A stretch of 64,000 bases of DNA. Origin: Squalus acanthias. Its lineage: Eukaryota. Below the pieces are notes generated by a model. That model was not told the DNA's origin. It did no database searches and was given only the letters and a program-made list of their open reading frames with translations. A program made the translations under genes and the position numbers. The stretch is taken from positions 83,392,001 through 83,456,000 of the forward strand of contig CM059432.1 of the NCBI GenBank assembly GCA_030390025.1, read 5' to 3'. This document shows positions 36,991 through 48,677 of the stretch, in pieces; position 1 is the first letter of the stretch; every line of letters starts with the position of its first letter.

Positions 36991-37185
36991 GGCATGTGAA
37001 GACCACAGTAACAGTTAATTGGCTGGATAGCACACGCAAATCTCAACCGTCTTGCTGGCAAACTTTCTGATAAGGATTATTTATTGAAGAGGCCCACTGA
37101 GTTCTGTGTTATCTCGTCAAGGCCTAATCCCTCATTGTTTACACAGACGTCTGCTTTAGCTACACAATGTCTTTATTCCTTATTG

Positions 37186-37357
37186 CGGAGATGCTGGTGT
37201 TGGACTGGGGTGGACAAAAGTGAGAAGTCGCACAACACCAGGTTATAGTCCAACAGCTTTATTTGAAATCACAAGCTTTCGGAGCGCTGCGAAAGCTTGT
37301 GATTTCAAATAAAGCTGTTGGAATATAACCTGGTGTTGTGCGACTTCTCACTTTTGT
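37186..37357. mobile_element. Penelope pLTR fold-back insertion
   Basis: 68-bp inverted arms (37214-37281 and 37290-37357) homologous to 12806-12870; TSD TCCTTATTG; absent from the 3' LTR. Confidence 0.85.
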
Positions 37358-39300
37358 TCCTTATTGATAGCACGTCTGGTTTCTCTGCTTTGCTACAGCT
37401 CTTGTAAGTTTTAATGTCCAGCATGAAAATTGTGTCAAAAAAAAGGCTTCTCTTCCTTACAGCAGCTAACATAAAAGAGAATTCAAAAGTCTTCTATAGG
37501 CATATAAATAATAAATGGGTAGTAAGAGGGGTGGGGCTGATTAGGGACTAAAAAGGAGACCTACGCATGGAGGCAGAGGGCATGGCTGAGGTACTAAATG
37601 AGTACTTTGCATCTTTCTTCACCAAGTAAGAAGATGCTGCCGTAGACATAGTGAAAGAGGAAGTAGAGGAGATACTGAATGGGATAAAAGTTAATAAAGA
37701 AGAGGTACTAGAAAGGCTGTCGGCACTTAAAGTTGATAAGTCACCAGGACCGGATAGGATGCATCCTAGGATGCTGAGGGAGGTTAAGGAGGAAATCGTG
37801 GAGGTACTGGCCATAATCTTCCAATCCTCCTTAGATACGGGAGTGATGCCAGAGGACTGGAGAATTGCAAATGTTACACCATTGTTCAAAAAAGGGTATA
37901 AGTATAAACCCAGCAACTATAGGCCAGTCAGTTTAACCTTGGTAGTGGGGAAGGTTTTCGAAATGATTATCAGGATAAAGTTAACAGTCACTTGGACAAG
38001 TGTGGGTTAATTAAGGAAAGCCAGCACAGATTTGTTAAAGGCAAATCGTGTTTAACTAACTTGATTGAGTTTCTTGATGAGGTAACAGAGAGGGTTGATG
38101 AGGGCAACGCGATTGACGTGGTGTACATGGATTTCCAAAAGGCATTTGATAAAGTACCATATAATAGGCTTGCCAGCAAAGTTGAAGCCCATGGAATAAA
38201 GGGGACAGTGACAGCATGGATACGAAATTGTGACAGGAAACAGACAGTAGTGGTGAACGGTTGTTTTTCCAGACGGGAGGAAGGTATACAGTGGTGTTCC
38301 CCAGGGGTCAATACTAGGACCACTGCTTTTCTTGAATATATATTAATGACTTGGACTTGGGAGTACAGGGCACAATTTCAAAATTTGCAAATGACACAAA
38401 ACTTGGAAGTATAGTGAACAGTGAGGAGGATAGTAATAGACTTCAAGAAGACATAGACAGGTTGGTGAAATGGGCGGACAGGTGGCAGATGAAATTTAAC
38501 GCAGAAAAGTGCAAAGTGATATATTTCGGTAGGAAGAACGAGGAGAGGTAATATAAACTGAAGGGTACAATCCTAAAGGGGGTGCATGATAGAGAGATCT
38601 GGGGGTATATGTGCACAAATCATTGAAGGTGGCAGGGCAGGTTGAGAAAGCGGTTAAAAAAGCATACGGGATCCTGGGCTTCATAAATAGAGGCACAGAG
38701 CACAAAAGCAAGGAAGTTATGATGAACCTTTATAAAACACTGGACGGACCTCAACTGGAGTATTGTGTCCAATTCTGGGCACCGCACTTTAGGAAGGATG
38801 TGAAGGCCTTAGAGAGGGTGCAGAAAAGATTTACGAGAATGATTCCAGGGATGAGGGACTTCAGTTACGTGGATAGACTAGAGAAGCTGGAATTGTTCTC
38901 CTTATAACAGAGAAGGTCGAGAGGAGATTTGATAGAGGTATTCAACATCATGAGGGGTCTGGACAGAGTAGATAGAGAGAAACTGTTCCCATTGGCGGAA
39001 GGGTCGAGAACCAGAGGTCACAGATTTAAGGTGATTGGCAAAAGAACCAAAGGCGACATGAGGAAAATCTTTTTTACGCAGCGAGTGGTTAGGATCTGGA
39101 ATGCACTGCCTGAAAGGATGGTGGAGGCAGACTCAATTGTGGCTTTCAAAAGGGAATTGGATAAGTACCTGAAGGAAATATTTTTTCAGGACTACGGGGA
39201 AATGGCGGGGTAGTGGGACTAGCTGAAGTGCTCTTGCAGAGAACTGGTACAGGCTCGGCAGGCCAAATGGCCCCCTTCTGTGCCGTAACCATTCCATGAT

Positions 39301-40400
39301 TTTAAATATTTGAAGCCCCAACACAGATCCCTGCGGGACACCACTAGTCACATCCTGCAAATTTGAGTACCTATCCATTATCCCTACTCTCTGTCTCCTG
39401 CTGCTCAGCCAATTTCCTAACCAGGCCAATAATTTGCCCTCAATTACATGGGCTTCTACCTCAGTTAACAGTCTCTTATGTGGGACTTTATCAAATGAAT
39501 TCTGGAAGTCCATATAAATAACATTCATTAGTCACCTCCTCAAAAAATTCAATCAGGTTTGTCAGGCATGAACTACCACTCACAAATCCATGCTGGCTCT
39601 TTCTGATCAACTGAAAATTTTTGAGGTGTTCAGTCACCCTATCCTTAATTATAGACTCCAGCAATTTGCCGACAACAGATGTTAGGCTAACTGGTCTATA
39701 ATTCCCTGGTTTCCCTCTCTCGCCATTCTTAAATAGCGGAGTGACATGTGCAATTTTCCAATCTAAAGGAACGGTTCCTGAATCAAGAGAACTTTGGAAG
39801 ATTATAGTTAGAGCATCTGCAATGTGCTCACCTACTTCCTTTAAAACCCTGGGATGGAAACCATCTGGTTCTGGGGATTTGTCAATCTTTAGTGCCATTA
39901 TTTTCATCATTACTGTTATTTTACTTACTTTAATTTTATTGAGTCCCTGATTCAATATTAGTTGACGACACCTTCCATCACTTTGCTGATGATTGAGAGT
40001 AGACTGATGGGGTGGTAATTGGCCGGATTGGATTTGTCCTGCTTTTTGTGGACAGGACATACCTGGGCAGTTTTCTACCTTATCGGATAGATGCCAGTGC
40101 TGTAGCTGCACTGGAACAGCTTGGCTAGAGGCGCAGCTAGTTCTGGAGCACAGGTTATCAGCATGATAGCCGGGATGTTGTCAGGGCCCATAGCCTTTGC
40201 TGTATCCAGTGCGCTCAGCCGTTTCTTGATATTACGTGGAGTGAATTGAATTGGCTGAAGACTGGCTTCTGTGATGGTGGGAACCTCAGGAGGAGGCTGA
40301 TATGGATCATCCACTCGGCACTTCTGGCTGAAGATGGTTGCAAACGCTTCAGCTTTGTCTTTTGCACTCACGTGCTGGGCTCCACCATCATTGAGGATGC
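39301..40400 (-). mobile_element. CR1 RT fragment (39301-39960) joined to a family-A LINE fragment (39961-40400)
   Basis: KSPEPDGFHPRVL..QHGF in the first part; KDKAEAFATIFSQKC in the second. Confidence 0.85.
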
Positions 40401-41489
40401 TGCAGGCTTTCCCGCCTGACAGGCAGCCAACCTATCAATCAGGGTTTCCCGTCCATAACTCCCCCCCCACCCCCTTGCAGCGAACGCGCCTCCCAGATAA
40501 TATCGGGGCCACTGTATTTCTTTCAGACTCTGCCTTGTTCTGTCTTCAGAACTTCTCCATTACTCTACATTGGACTGGTTCCTTGGGGTCCTTCTGCTGA
40601 TCCAGATTTTGTAAGATCCTTGCCGCTCTACAGCTGTTAACTTGGATTTGCCTGTCACCCTCTTCTGACTTCATGATCTTCGCTGTTCTTGGTCCCTTAG
40701 TTTCACTCCCACTACTTCACGTTCCTCTACTGGTCCAGTCAGATCAGCTGGAGTGTACTGCTAACACTTGAGGCCCTTATGCATTTCTATGGACCCCAGG
40801 AAGCAGAGCTCTGCTGGTTTTTGGTTAACACTCTGCTCCTCTTGAGCTCCCTCAATTCACTGGATAACCTTCACCAGCACTCCCGTTATTACTCCCCCCT
40901 CCAATGGCTCCTAGATCTACCAATCCTTTCCATTAGCGACTCCGAACCCAATCGTTGGTCGGTAGCTGCTCTGTCCCCTATGCTATCTATAATTGGCTTT
41001 CATTCCAAAGGCCCCTGGCCCTCAGATTTTAACTTTGGACTGTTTCATATTGTCTCCTTCCTAACCCTAAAGGCTGACATGCCTGCTCTTTTTCCTGGCC
41101 AGTGAGACTGCTACATGTCATGCCAAGTCTCTGCCATGGTTATGTTACCCAAATTTCCTTTATGCCTACTCACATGCACATTTTGGCTTATTCTCTGGAC
41201 CTGAGCCCATTACTCTAACTCCCTTTTAAAATTATTTTTGGCCCCTCTTTGGCACTCCTCTCTGCCTCCCTTCTTCTCACCTGGCTATGCCACCTTTCAT
41301 TTCTCCCTTCTCAGGTACTTTGCTCCCCCCCCCACTACTCAATCCCCAATCTCCACTCCAACTGCTCCTCAACCCTTCTCCGCTGCAACTGCCGCATCCT
41401 TCTCTTTCACTGACTTTACAACCTCCTTTGTTTCCTGCTCAACCCCCACCACTGTCCCCTTTGACTCTATCAACCAATCAACAATCATC

Positions 41490-41660
41490 ACTCCCTTCAT
41501 ATTTCCCTCCAGAATGACCGTTCACTTATGAAGAAGACCTTTGCGATCAACAACTTCATTGTGGATGATCATATTGACATCCTGGTTTTGACTCAAAGCT
41601 GGCTCATAGGCATCATCATCCCATCCCTTAGTATAGCCTCCTGAGCACCGACCCCATCCA
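41490..41660 (+). mobile_element. Decayed LINE (L2-like) endonuclease N-terminus; 40510-41490 may be its ORF1 or 5' region
   Basis: LQNDRSLMKKTFAINNFIVDDHIDILVLTQSWL fits the APE pattern N.RSL..DIL.LTETWL. Confidence 0.55.
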
Positions 41661-42244
41661 AACCACAGCAGTAGCAGTAATGCCAACTCTCGTGATTTAA
41701 TCGCGAGACACACGATTTTTAATGAAAATCCTCCCAACTCGCGATCTCGCAATTTAACTCAGAAAACTCGCGAGTTGAACAGTTGATTAATTCCAGACAG
41801 CTTCTTTCACCGCAGCCCCCTTCTCCTTCCAGGTCTGACAGTCTGTACGGAACCGGTGAAATCGCCCGGTCACTGGCGGCTCCCGCTCTGCCTCCTCGGA
41901 CCACAACGCGTCACTGTCTCCTGAGCCGACATGCAAGTATGGCGTGTGCCGGCCCCCAGAAACAACACGCTGCCCATTGCGCGAGATTTCAAACCAGTCA
42001 GAGGCGAGTCTGTGGTTCCTGGAACTCGGATCCCAACAAATACAAGGAGCATAGAAGAGAGATGAGGAGACGAGCAAACAACCGCTTACACTTGCAGGGG
42101 AATCAACAATACAAACAATTATAACTGCAATGTAAGTGGAGAATTTGTAGTAGGAGAATGACTGTCAGAATCGTCAGCTTTAATCCATGTGTGAAAACCA
42201 GAAACTAAGCTGTGAGGGGAGTGGTAGCAAAAAGGGGAAACAAT

Positions 42245-42350
42245 TTATGAACAGAAAATGCTGGAAATACTCAGCAAGTCAGGCAGCATCTGTGGAGAGA
42301 GAAACAGAGTTAACGCTTCAGGTCGATGGCCTTTCATCAGAACTGGAAAA
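42245..42350 (-). mobile_element. pLTR end of a second Penelope-like family with a degenerate hammerhead (42308-42344)
   Basis: Minus strand reads AGTT-CTGATGA-A-AGG(ccatcga)CCT-GAAG-CG-TT-AACT. Confidence 0.65.
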
Positions 42351-42441
42351 AGTTGTGGTGATGGGTAGACTGGCGTTTGGAGCTCAGCTCTGGATCAAAC
42401 AGAGGTCAAGGTCTCACATTGTCTGGTTCAGCCTGACTGAG

Positions 42442-42822
42442 TGAATTCACAGTGATTTGACAAGCAATGTTATGAACTGTTCTTTCAAGCCTGAAGAAAC
42501 AGATATCATAGCAATGGTTCCAAGAACTTTTATGATCCTGTTCTTCTGAGTTGGCGTAGTCGAGTTGATTTTCTCGCCTTCCTCTGGGTTGATATTGTTA
42601 GCTTCATGCGACGTTAGAGTAATGAGCCTCCATCTATTGATATGATATCTGTTTCTTCAGGAATAAAAAAAATTATAAATGGAGCACTTGCCTACACAAG
42701 ATCCAGTTTTGACTAAAACATTCCTTCATTGTGTGATGTGCAAAGAAACCAGTTTGGGCAGTCTGAGATTCAGGCTTGAAAGAACAGTTCATAACATTGC
42801 TTGTCAAATCACTGTGAGTTCA
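42442..42822. repeat. Split long inverted repeat (MITE-like)
   Basis: 42442-42495 pairs with 42769-42822 (53/54) and 42490-42515 pairs with 42636-42661 (25/26). Confidence 0.85.
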
Positions 42823-42919
42823 TAATGAGTTTCCAAAAAGTGTTGCAGATTTGTGAGAACTGTGAGGTACCAATTTTGTGCAGACACAATGGGGGTAAAG
42901 TTCAACGTCGGTGGGGATG

Positions 42920-43585
42920 CAACATCAACAACAACAACAACTTGTATTTATTTAGCACCTTTAACGTAGTAAAACATCCCAAGGCTCTTCACAGGAGTGT
43001 TGTAAAACAAAATTAGACACCGAGCCACAAAAGGAGATATTAGGGCAGATGACCAAAAGCTTGGTCAAAGAGGTAGGTGTTAAGGAGCATCTTAAAAGGA
43101 GGAAAGAGAGATAGAGAGGTGGAGAGGTTTAGGGAGGGAATTCCAGAGCTTAGGGCCTTGGCAGCTGAAGGCACGGCCACCAATGGTGGAGCAATTAAAA
43201 TCAGGGATGCTCAAGAGGCCAGAATTTGAGGAGCACAGATATATTGGAGGGTTGTAGGGCTGAAGGAGATTACAGAGATAGGGAGGGGTGAGGCCATGGA
43301 GGGATTTGAAAACAATGAGGAGAATTTAAAAATTGAGGCGTTGCTTAACCGGAAGCCAATGTAGGTCAGCGAGCACAGGGGTGATGGGTGACGGGACTTG
43401 GTGCGAGTTAGGACACAGGCAGCAGAGTTTTGGATCACATTAAGTTTATGGAGGGTAGAATGTGGGAGGCCAGCCAGGAGTGCATTGGAATAGTCAAATC
43501 TAGAGGTAACAAAGGCATGGATGAGGGTTTCAGCAGCAGATGAGTTGAAGCGGGGGCGGAGTCGGGCGATGTGACGGAGTTGGAA
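42920..43585 (-). mobile_element. L2-like 3' end, inserted in a small GGGGTAAA-ended MITE (42891-43706)
   Basis: (CAA)n tail and IQNSAACVLTRTK; flanks are GGGGGTAAAGTT and AATTTTACCCC. Confidence 0.8.
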
Positions 43586-43988
43586 AACGGGTGGGCCATG
43601 GATCGGCCGCCTGTTGAAGTCAATGAAATACTAAGTCGAGCAGGGTGATAACAAGCCGATCTGCCACTGCCTGTTTTTCACAGCTGCCGAAGATAAATTT
43701 TACCCCTATTGCCTTTTTTGTGTATTTGTTGTTGCAAACGGATGATTTTTTTTGTCTTTTTTGCTTTATTTTAAATCACAACTTCTTTTGGCCATCCAGA
43801 CAGACTGGTTAATTGGGGTAATCAAGGCAGTGGTAGCCATTTCCCCTCTGTGCCAGGTAAGAAAACCATCCTTAGTATAAATGGAGTGATTTCTTAAGCC
43901 AGCAAGAATATGAGCCTAAGAAATCTGCCATTCAATACAGTGATAAATGGGGTATTACTGCTCGTGAGCTTTCAACTTTTGACACATT

Positions 43989-44140
43989 GGCCAGGAAATT
44001 CCTCGGAGCTGCTCCCACTTCACTGGCGTTTCTTTGCAGGAAGTGCGGCGGAAACTCCATTTACACACATTTAGAACCCTATTTACTTCCTGCAAAGTAA
44101 CAATGGAGGAGCTGGAGCAGCTCCAAGGAATTTCACGACC
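43989..44140. mobile_element. Short palindromic MITE
   Basis: GGCCAGGAAATTCCTCGGAGCTGCTCC / GGAGCAGCTCCAAGGAATTTCACGACC. Confidence 0.75.
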
Positions 44141-45703
44141 AATATCTCATTTACAATCATGCACAGGAGATAAATTGTGAAGAAAATATTCAGGCTGTTT
44201 GATTTTTACTTGTGACTATAAAACCTTGCAAATTCATAATATATGAAACTTGCTTCTTTGAGGGGGATTCTTTTATTCCAAATAATGATCGGATCTGACT
44301 ACAGGCCCCTTGAATGAGACAAAGACGATGATAATATCTATGATGAGATAAGGTCTTATACACTTTTCAGGGTCTCCAAAGAAACTGCTGTCAATCGCCC
44401 ATAATTAATGGAATTTATTTTCCTCTTCAGATCTATCAGTTTCAAATGGTTAAGAACAGGTGGAAATTCTACCTGAAACTTCAAGCGCAAATAATACACC
44501 AATCTCTGGTGTAAGCATATTTTCATAATTATTCATAGCACTGGTGCAGACTCAGACATGTCTAGGGAGGACACGAGTGGTGGGAGAGGAAGAATTGTGT
44601 GTTTATCAAATTTAAAACAATGGGGACAATTAAAGGGAGTGTCACAATAGGGGGACAAAAATTCTGAAGCCTTAAAAGGCATCTCAACCAATCAAGGCTG
44701 AACGGGCAAAAGATTAAGATGTGGCAGGTAAATAATTAAAAGAAAGGCAGCCCTAGGTTCAGGCATGAGTCTATGTACAAATAACCAAGCACCAACCCAC
44801 TGTTTGGTGGTGTCTGAAGTCGAGATGATGCTACATGAAGTTGGGTTGACCTCTGTGCTATTTCACAAGCCTCAAGGATCCCTGAAAAAAGTACAATGCA
44901 AAATTGGGTCGGGCCATTTTTAAGGCATCTGAGGTGGGCACCCAAAACAGGCATCTGCTAATGAGGGGCCTAGGCCTGTTTTAGGTCCTCACTGCCAAAT
45001 TAAACTTTCCTGAGCAGAGCAAGCGTCGGACTTGCTCCGCTCAGAGTTCCTGGACGTGGATGTGGTCTAGCCAGTGGCTGCCACCGAAAAGGTCAATGTA
45101 ATTCATTTTTAAAATATTGATCCACAGCACTCCTGTCGGCCGTTGCAACTATCACCTCCTGCACTTTATTCGTGTCGTGATTACATACAATATATTGCAT
45201 GGGAAGTGGGCAGTGCTTGGCTGGTGTTGTGTTGCCCATGGCTGCACTTTGGACTAACTGCCCTGCAAAGTCAGCTCTGTCCCATGACTGGCAGAAAGCT
45301 TCACAATGAATCTACAGACTGTTTCTGCTCTCAGATACCACACTGATTGGATGATGTCCTGTGTCTTCCCTTTGAGCAGTCAGGACAGATAAGCCTATCT
45401 TGTCATGGAAAGTGGTAGGTTTGATCTATTATTCCATTGGAGTGAGTGTCCCTGATAAACCAATTACACATCTTTGGGAGAAAAATCACCGCCTTGAGCT
45501 TGAACTGTACGGCAAGATCTCTTTTCTTTTCCTGCCTCCACATTGTTTCTGCTGTAATGTCAGCATGAATTTCAGCTCTAGCTATTTTAAAACACTGCAT
45601 CAAATAAAAATAGAAATTTTGTTATGATCAACAGGACCTCGCAGTTATGTAAAAATGGTAATGTAAGAAGTTATTAGTATAGAAAAAGTAAATACGCAAC
45701 ATT

Positions 45704-47135
45704 GGGCTAAAAATTCAGGGGTTTAGCGCCACCCATTACCGTCATATTCGGGGGGGAAAAATGGCGGCCGCCACACTTCCACCCGCTGCTGGCGGGTCCC
45801 GCAGCAGCCGGCATTTTCGGGTAGGCGGCAGCGCTGCCGATGTCCGCACTCACGAAAATTATGTAGATTATGTAGATTGTGGCGTCACTGAGTATGCACT
45901 GCTCACTTGATGCTTGATTTGCCATTTAGAACTTTGCTGCTCCACTTCCCTGAAAAGTGTACAAGACCTTATCTCATCATAGATATTATCATCGTCTTTG
46001 TCTCATTCAAGGGGCCTGTAGTCAGATCCTATCATTGTTTGGACCAGCTGAGCAAGTGTTGACCAGTAGGAAGGAGGCTCCAGCAGTGGTAGTTAAAGAG
46101 ATCATCAGCAGCAACTTGCAACTGACATGTTTCTGCAGTTTGATTGGCTCTGTGCAACTTTCTGCAACTCCAGCAGCTTTATAAACGTCGTTCAATGTTC
46201 TAAGGTAACAGGGAGTGTTGCTGCAAGTGGAGAACACCTTCATTCTTATTTAAAGGTTTCTGCTCACAACATTTGCTCACAGTCATGAAGGCTGTACTGG
46301 TAGTCGAGTATCTTAGCGAGAGGGAGCGGAGGTAGCGAAGAAGACAAGAAGATGCGCTCAGAGTAAGGGTGAGGAGGGCTCTCAACAGGAGGCCTTACCC
46401 AGCTAGGGTCTTCCGAGAGCACTTCTCTTATATCCACTTAAGCGAGGAGCTGTGTATTAGTAGGATCTGCTTCAATAAGGAGGTGGTCACAGAACTCTGC
46501 CACCTCCTACAACCAGACCTGCAGCCTGAGAGCAGGGCTGAGATTGCATGAGAACAGTCTGATCTTGCGTGGCAGCAAGCTCATACTGCAGGACAGCGGT
46601 CCATGCTTCCGCTGCAGCACTAAGACTTTGGGTCGCTTCCGCCTGTGCTGCAATGGCAGCTATGACCTCATCCATCACATGCAGCATCATGTCTGGGTCA
46701 ACACGGTCTCTCCTGGAGTTTTCCATCATTTCCAGCCTGGAAAACCTGGGCTCCAAGCTTTGCGCAAAGCCCCGTTCAATGTTGGAGGCGGACTCATCCA
46801 TGCTCTTTGACATTGCCATTGCACCTAGCAATTCTGTGTGCATGCCCATCACCCTTCTTCTGAAGGCTGCCCCATCGAGGTCCTCATCTGAGTCGTGTGC
46901 AGCAGAACTCATATGCAAACTCGCCCTCTGGGGAGCTGGCACCAGAGCTACCCTTTCCCCCTGGCCTTGCTGCAGCCCACTTGTGCAGATCCTGCTTCTA
47001 CACTACCCTCTAAATTACACGCAGAGCCAGTTTCTGAGCTGGTGTCTGTGAGTGACAGATGCAGTGATGCTGTGTCGTCTTCCCCCTCGCTCTCCTCCAT
47101 CACCTGGGTTCAGGCTGGGCTGGTGCTTGGTCTTG
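45704..47135. mobile_element. Internally deleted Harbinger, copy 2
   Basis: End GGGCTAAAAATTC. Transposase 5' part 46285-46538 (+; RVFREHFSY..KEVVTELCHLLQPDL) abuts a piece of Myb exon 3 (-; AAHDSDEDLD..) at 46540-47135. Confidence 0.8.
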
Positions 47136-47137
47136 AT

Positions 47138-47335
47138 TAGGACAGAGATGGAGAGAAATTTCTTCACTCAGAGGGTTGTGAACCTTTGGAAGTTTCTACC
47201 CCAGAGGGTTGTAGATGTTCAGTCGTTGAGTATATTCAAGACTGAGATCAATAGATTTTTGGGCACTAAGGGAATCAAGGGATATGGGGATAGGGCAGGA
47301 AAGTGAAGTTGATGTAGAAGTTCAGCCATGATGTC
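47138..47335 (+). mobile_element. CR1 3' fragment
   Basis: RTEMERNFFTQRVVNLWKFLP..GYGDRAGK. Confidence 0.8.
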
Positions 47336-47939
47336 GAGCCCTGTTAACAACATTGCATGGTACAAAATCACCCGTTTAAAAACTACGTGTACCTGCCATT
47401 TTTGCCAGTGAGTAATTAATAATATAAAAGGTTATCAATCTGTTTTACAAACGAAAAAGAAAATTTAGCCGAGATCTAGGTGCAAATTGCGCCTAGGAGG
47501 ACCCATGATGCACCAAGACAAAAACAATTTTGTAACACATTCTGTTGCTTCACTTCAATTAAGAAATCCCCAGTTTACGTTGGGTTGATTGAAGTCACCC
47601 GTTATTACAACATTATTGATTTCATAATTAAAGTCACAAGATGTGGATGAGGAAGGTCGTTCACCCTGTCTTAGCTCATGCAACCAGAAAGATTCTATCG
47701 TTCTCCTTTCACAACATCCAGTTGTTTCTTAAATGAGAACAGGGTTTTTGTCTCAACTATACTTCCCAGAAATCCATTTCACATGTTGATCACTCTGTGC
47801 AAAGATATTCCTGGTATCAGTCCTAAATTTGTCTTTTGCTGATTTAAACCTGTGCCCTTCTCTCCAGCTGTCATGATTTAATTTGGGCTAAAAATTGGAT
47901 GTGGCCAGAAAATGGGCAGTGTCATGGCTCAACGGTATT

Positions 47940-48405
47940 AAAGAAAGAAAGACTTGCATTTATATAGCGCCTTTCACGACCACCGGACATCCCAAAACGC
48001 TTTACAGCCAATGATGTACTTTTTGAAGTGTAGTCACTGTTGTAATGTAGGAAACGCAGCAGCCAATTTGCGCACAGCAAGCTCCCACAAACAGCAATGT
48101 GATAATGACCAGATAATCTGTTTTAATGATAATTCAGGGATAAATATTGGCCAGGACACCGGGGATAACTCCCCTGCTCTTCAAAATAGTGCCATGGGAA
48201 CTTTTACGTCTACCTGAGAGAGCAGACGGGGCCTCGGTTTAACATCTCATCCAAAAGACAGCACCTCCAACAGTGCAGCACTCCCTCAGTACTGCACTGG
48301 AGTGTCAGCCTAGATTTTTGTGCTCAAGTCCCTGGAGTGGGACTTCGAACCCACAACCTTCTGACTCAGAGTCGAGGGTGCTACCAACCGAGCCACAGAT
48401 GACAC
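47940..48405 (-). mobile_element. Deu-domain SINE (SacSINE1-like)
   Basis: tRNA-like head (GGTTCGAAGTCCC B box on the - strand), Deu-like body and (AAGA)n tail. Confidence 0.8.
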
Positions 48406-48677
48406 TATTAAGCTGTGCCAGGTCATAATGGTCTAGGTAGCATGCAAAATTCGTGCTCAGTCCGTATTAATATGATCATAGTGCTGATCTCAGCGCTAAA
48501 ACTGCTGCTCATTGGCTTACTGCTCAACAGGTGGGCCAATATCGGGTTCAGTCTAATTCCCAGTCATGTTTGGCCTAGGCTATATTCAGTACTTAAAGGG
48601 GAGGAGCATTGATGCAACAGCACTTCATTGTCAATCCAATTCGAACTCCACCTGGAAGCAGGCACTACTAGAAACAG

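Larger units (their letters stand above)
23716..37461 (-). mobile_element. Endogenous lokiretrovirus-like provirus (LTR-gag-pro-pol-env-LTR), defective
   Basis: Termini TGTAAG...CTTACA; 4-bp TSD GCAG at 23712-23715 and 37462-37465; two LTRs of about 835 bp each after removing inserts; complete gene order. Confidence 0.88.
36036..37461 (-). repeat. 5' LTR (contains a SINE and a Penelope fold-back)
   Basis: Direct repeat of 23716-25320; minus-strand TATAAAA at 36456-36462 and AATAAA at 36143-36148. Confidence 0.92.
21771..39300 (+). mobile_element. CR1 LINE that hosts the provirus (EN part 21771-23715, RT part 37466-39300)
   Basis: Removing 23716-37465 gives GAGAATAGATTGGCAG|CTAACATAAAAG (ENRLAANIK), colinear with the CR1 at about 9540-9570. 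Confidence 0.88.

Noticed and set aside
43710..45700. Additional host exons in apparently unique DNA (also 53750-55400)
   Set aside because: No recognisable protein motifs or convincing splice-bounded frames; conservation cannot be judged without alignments.
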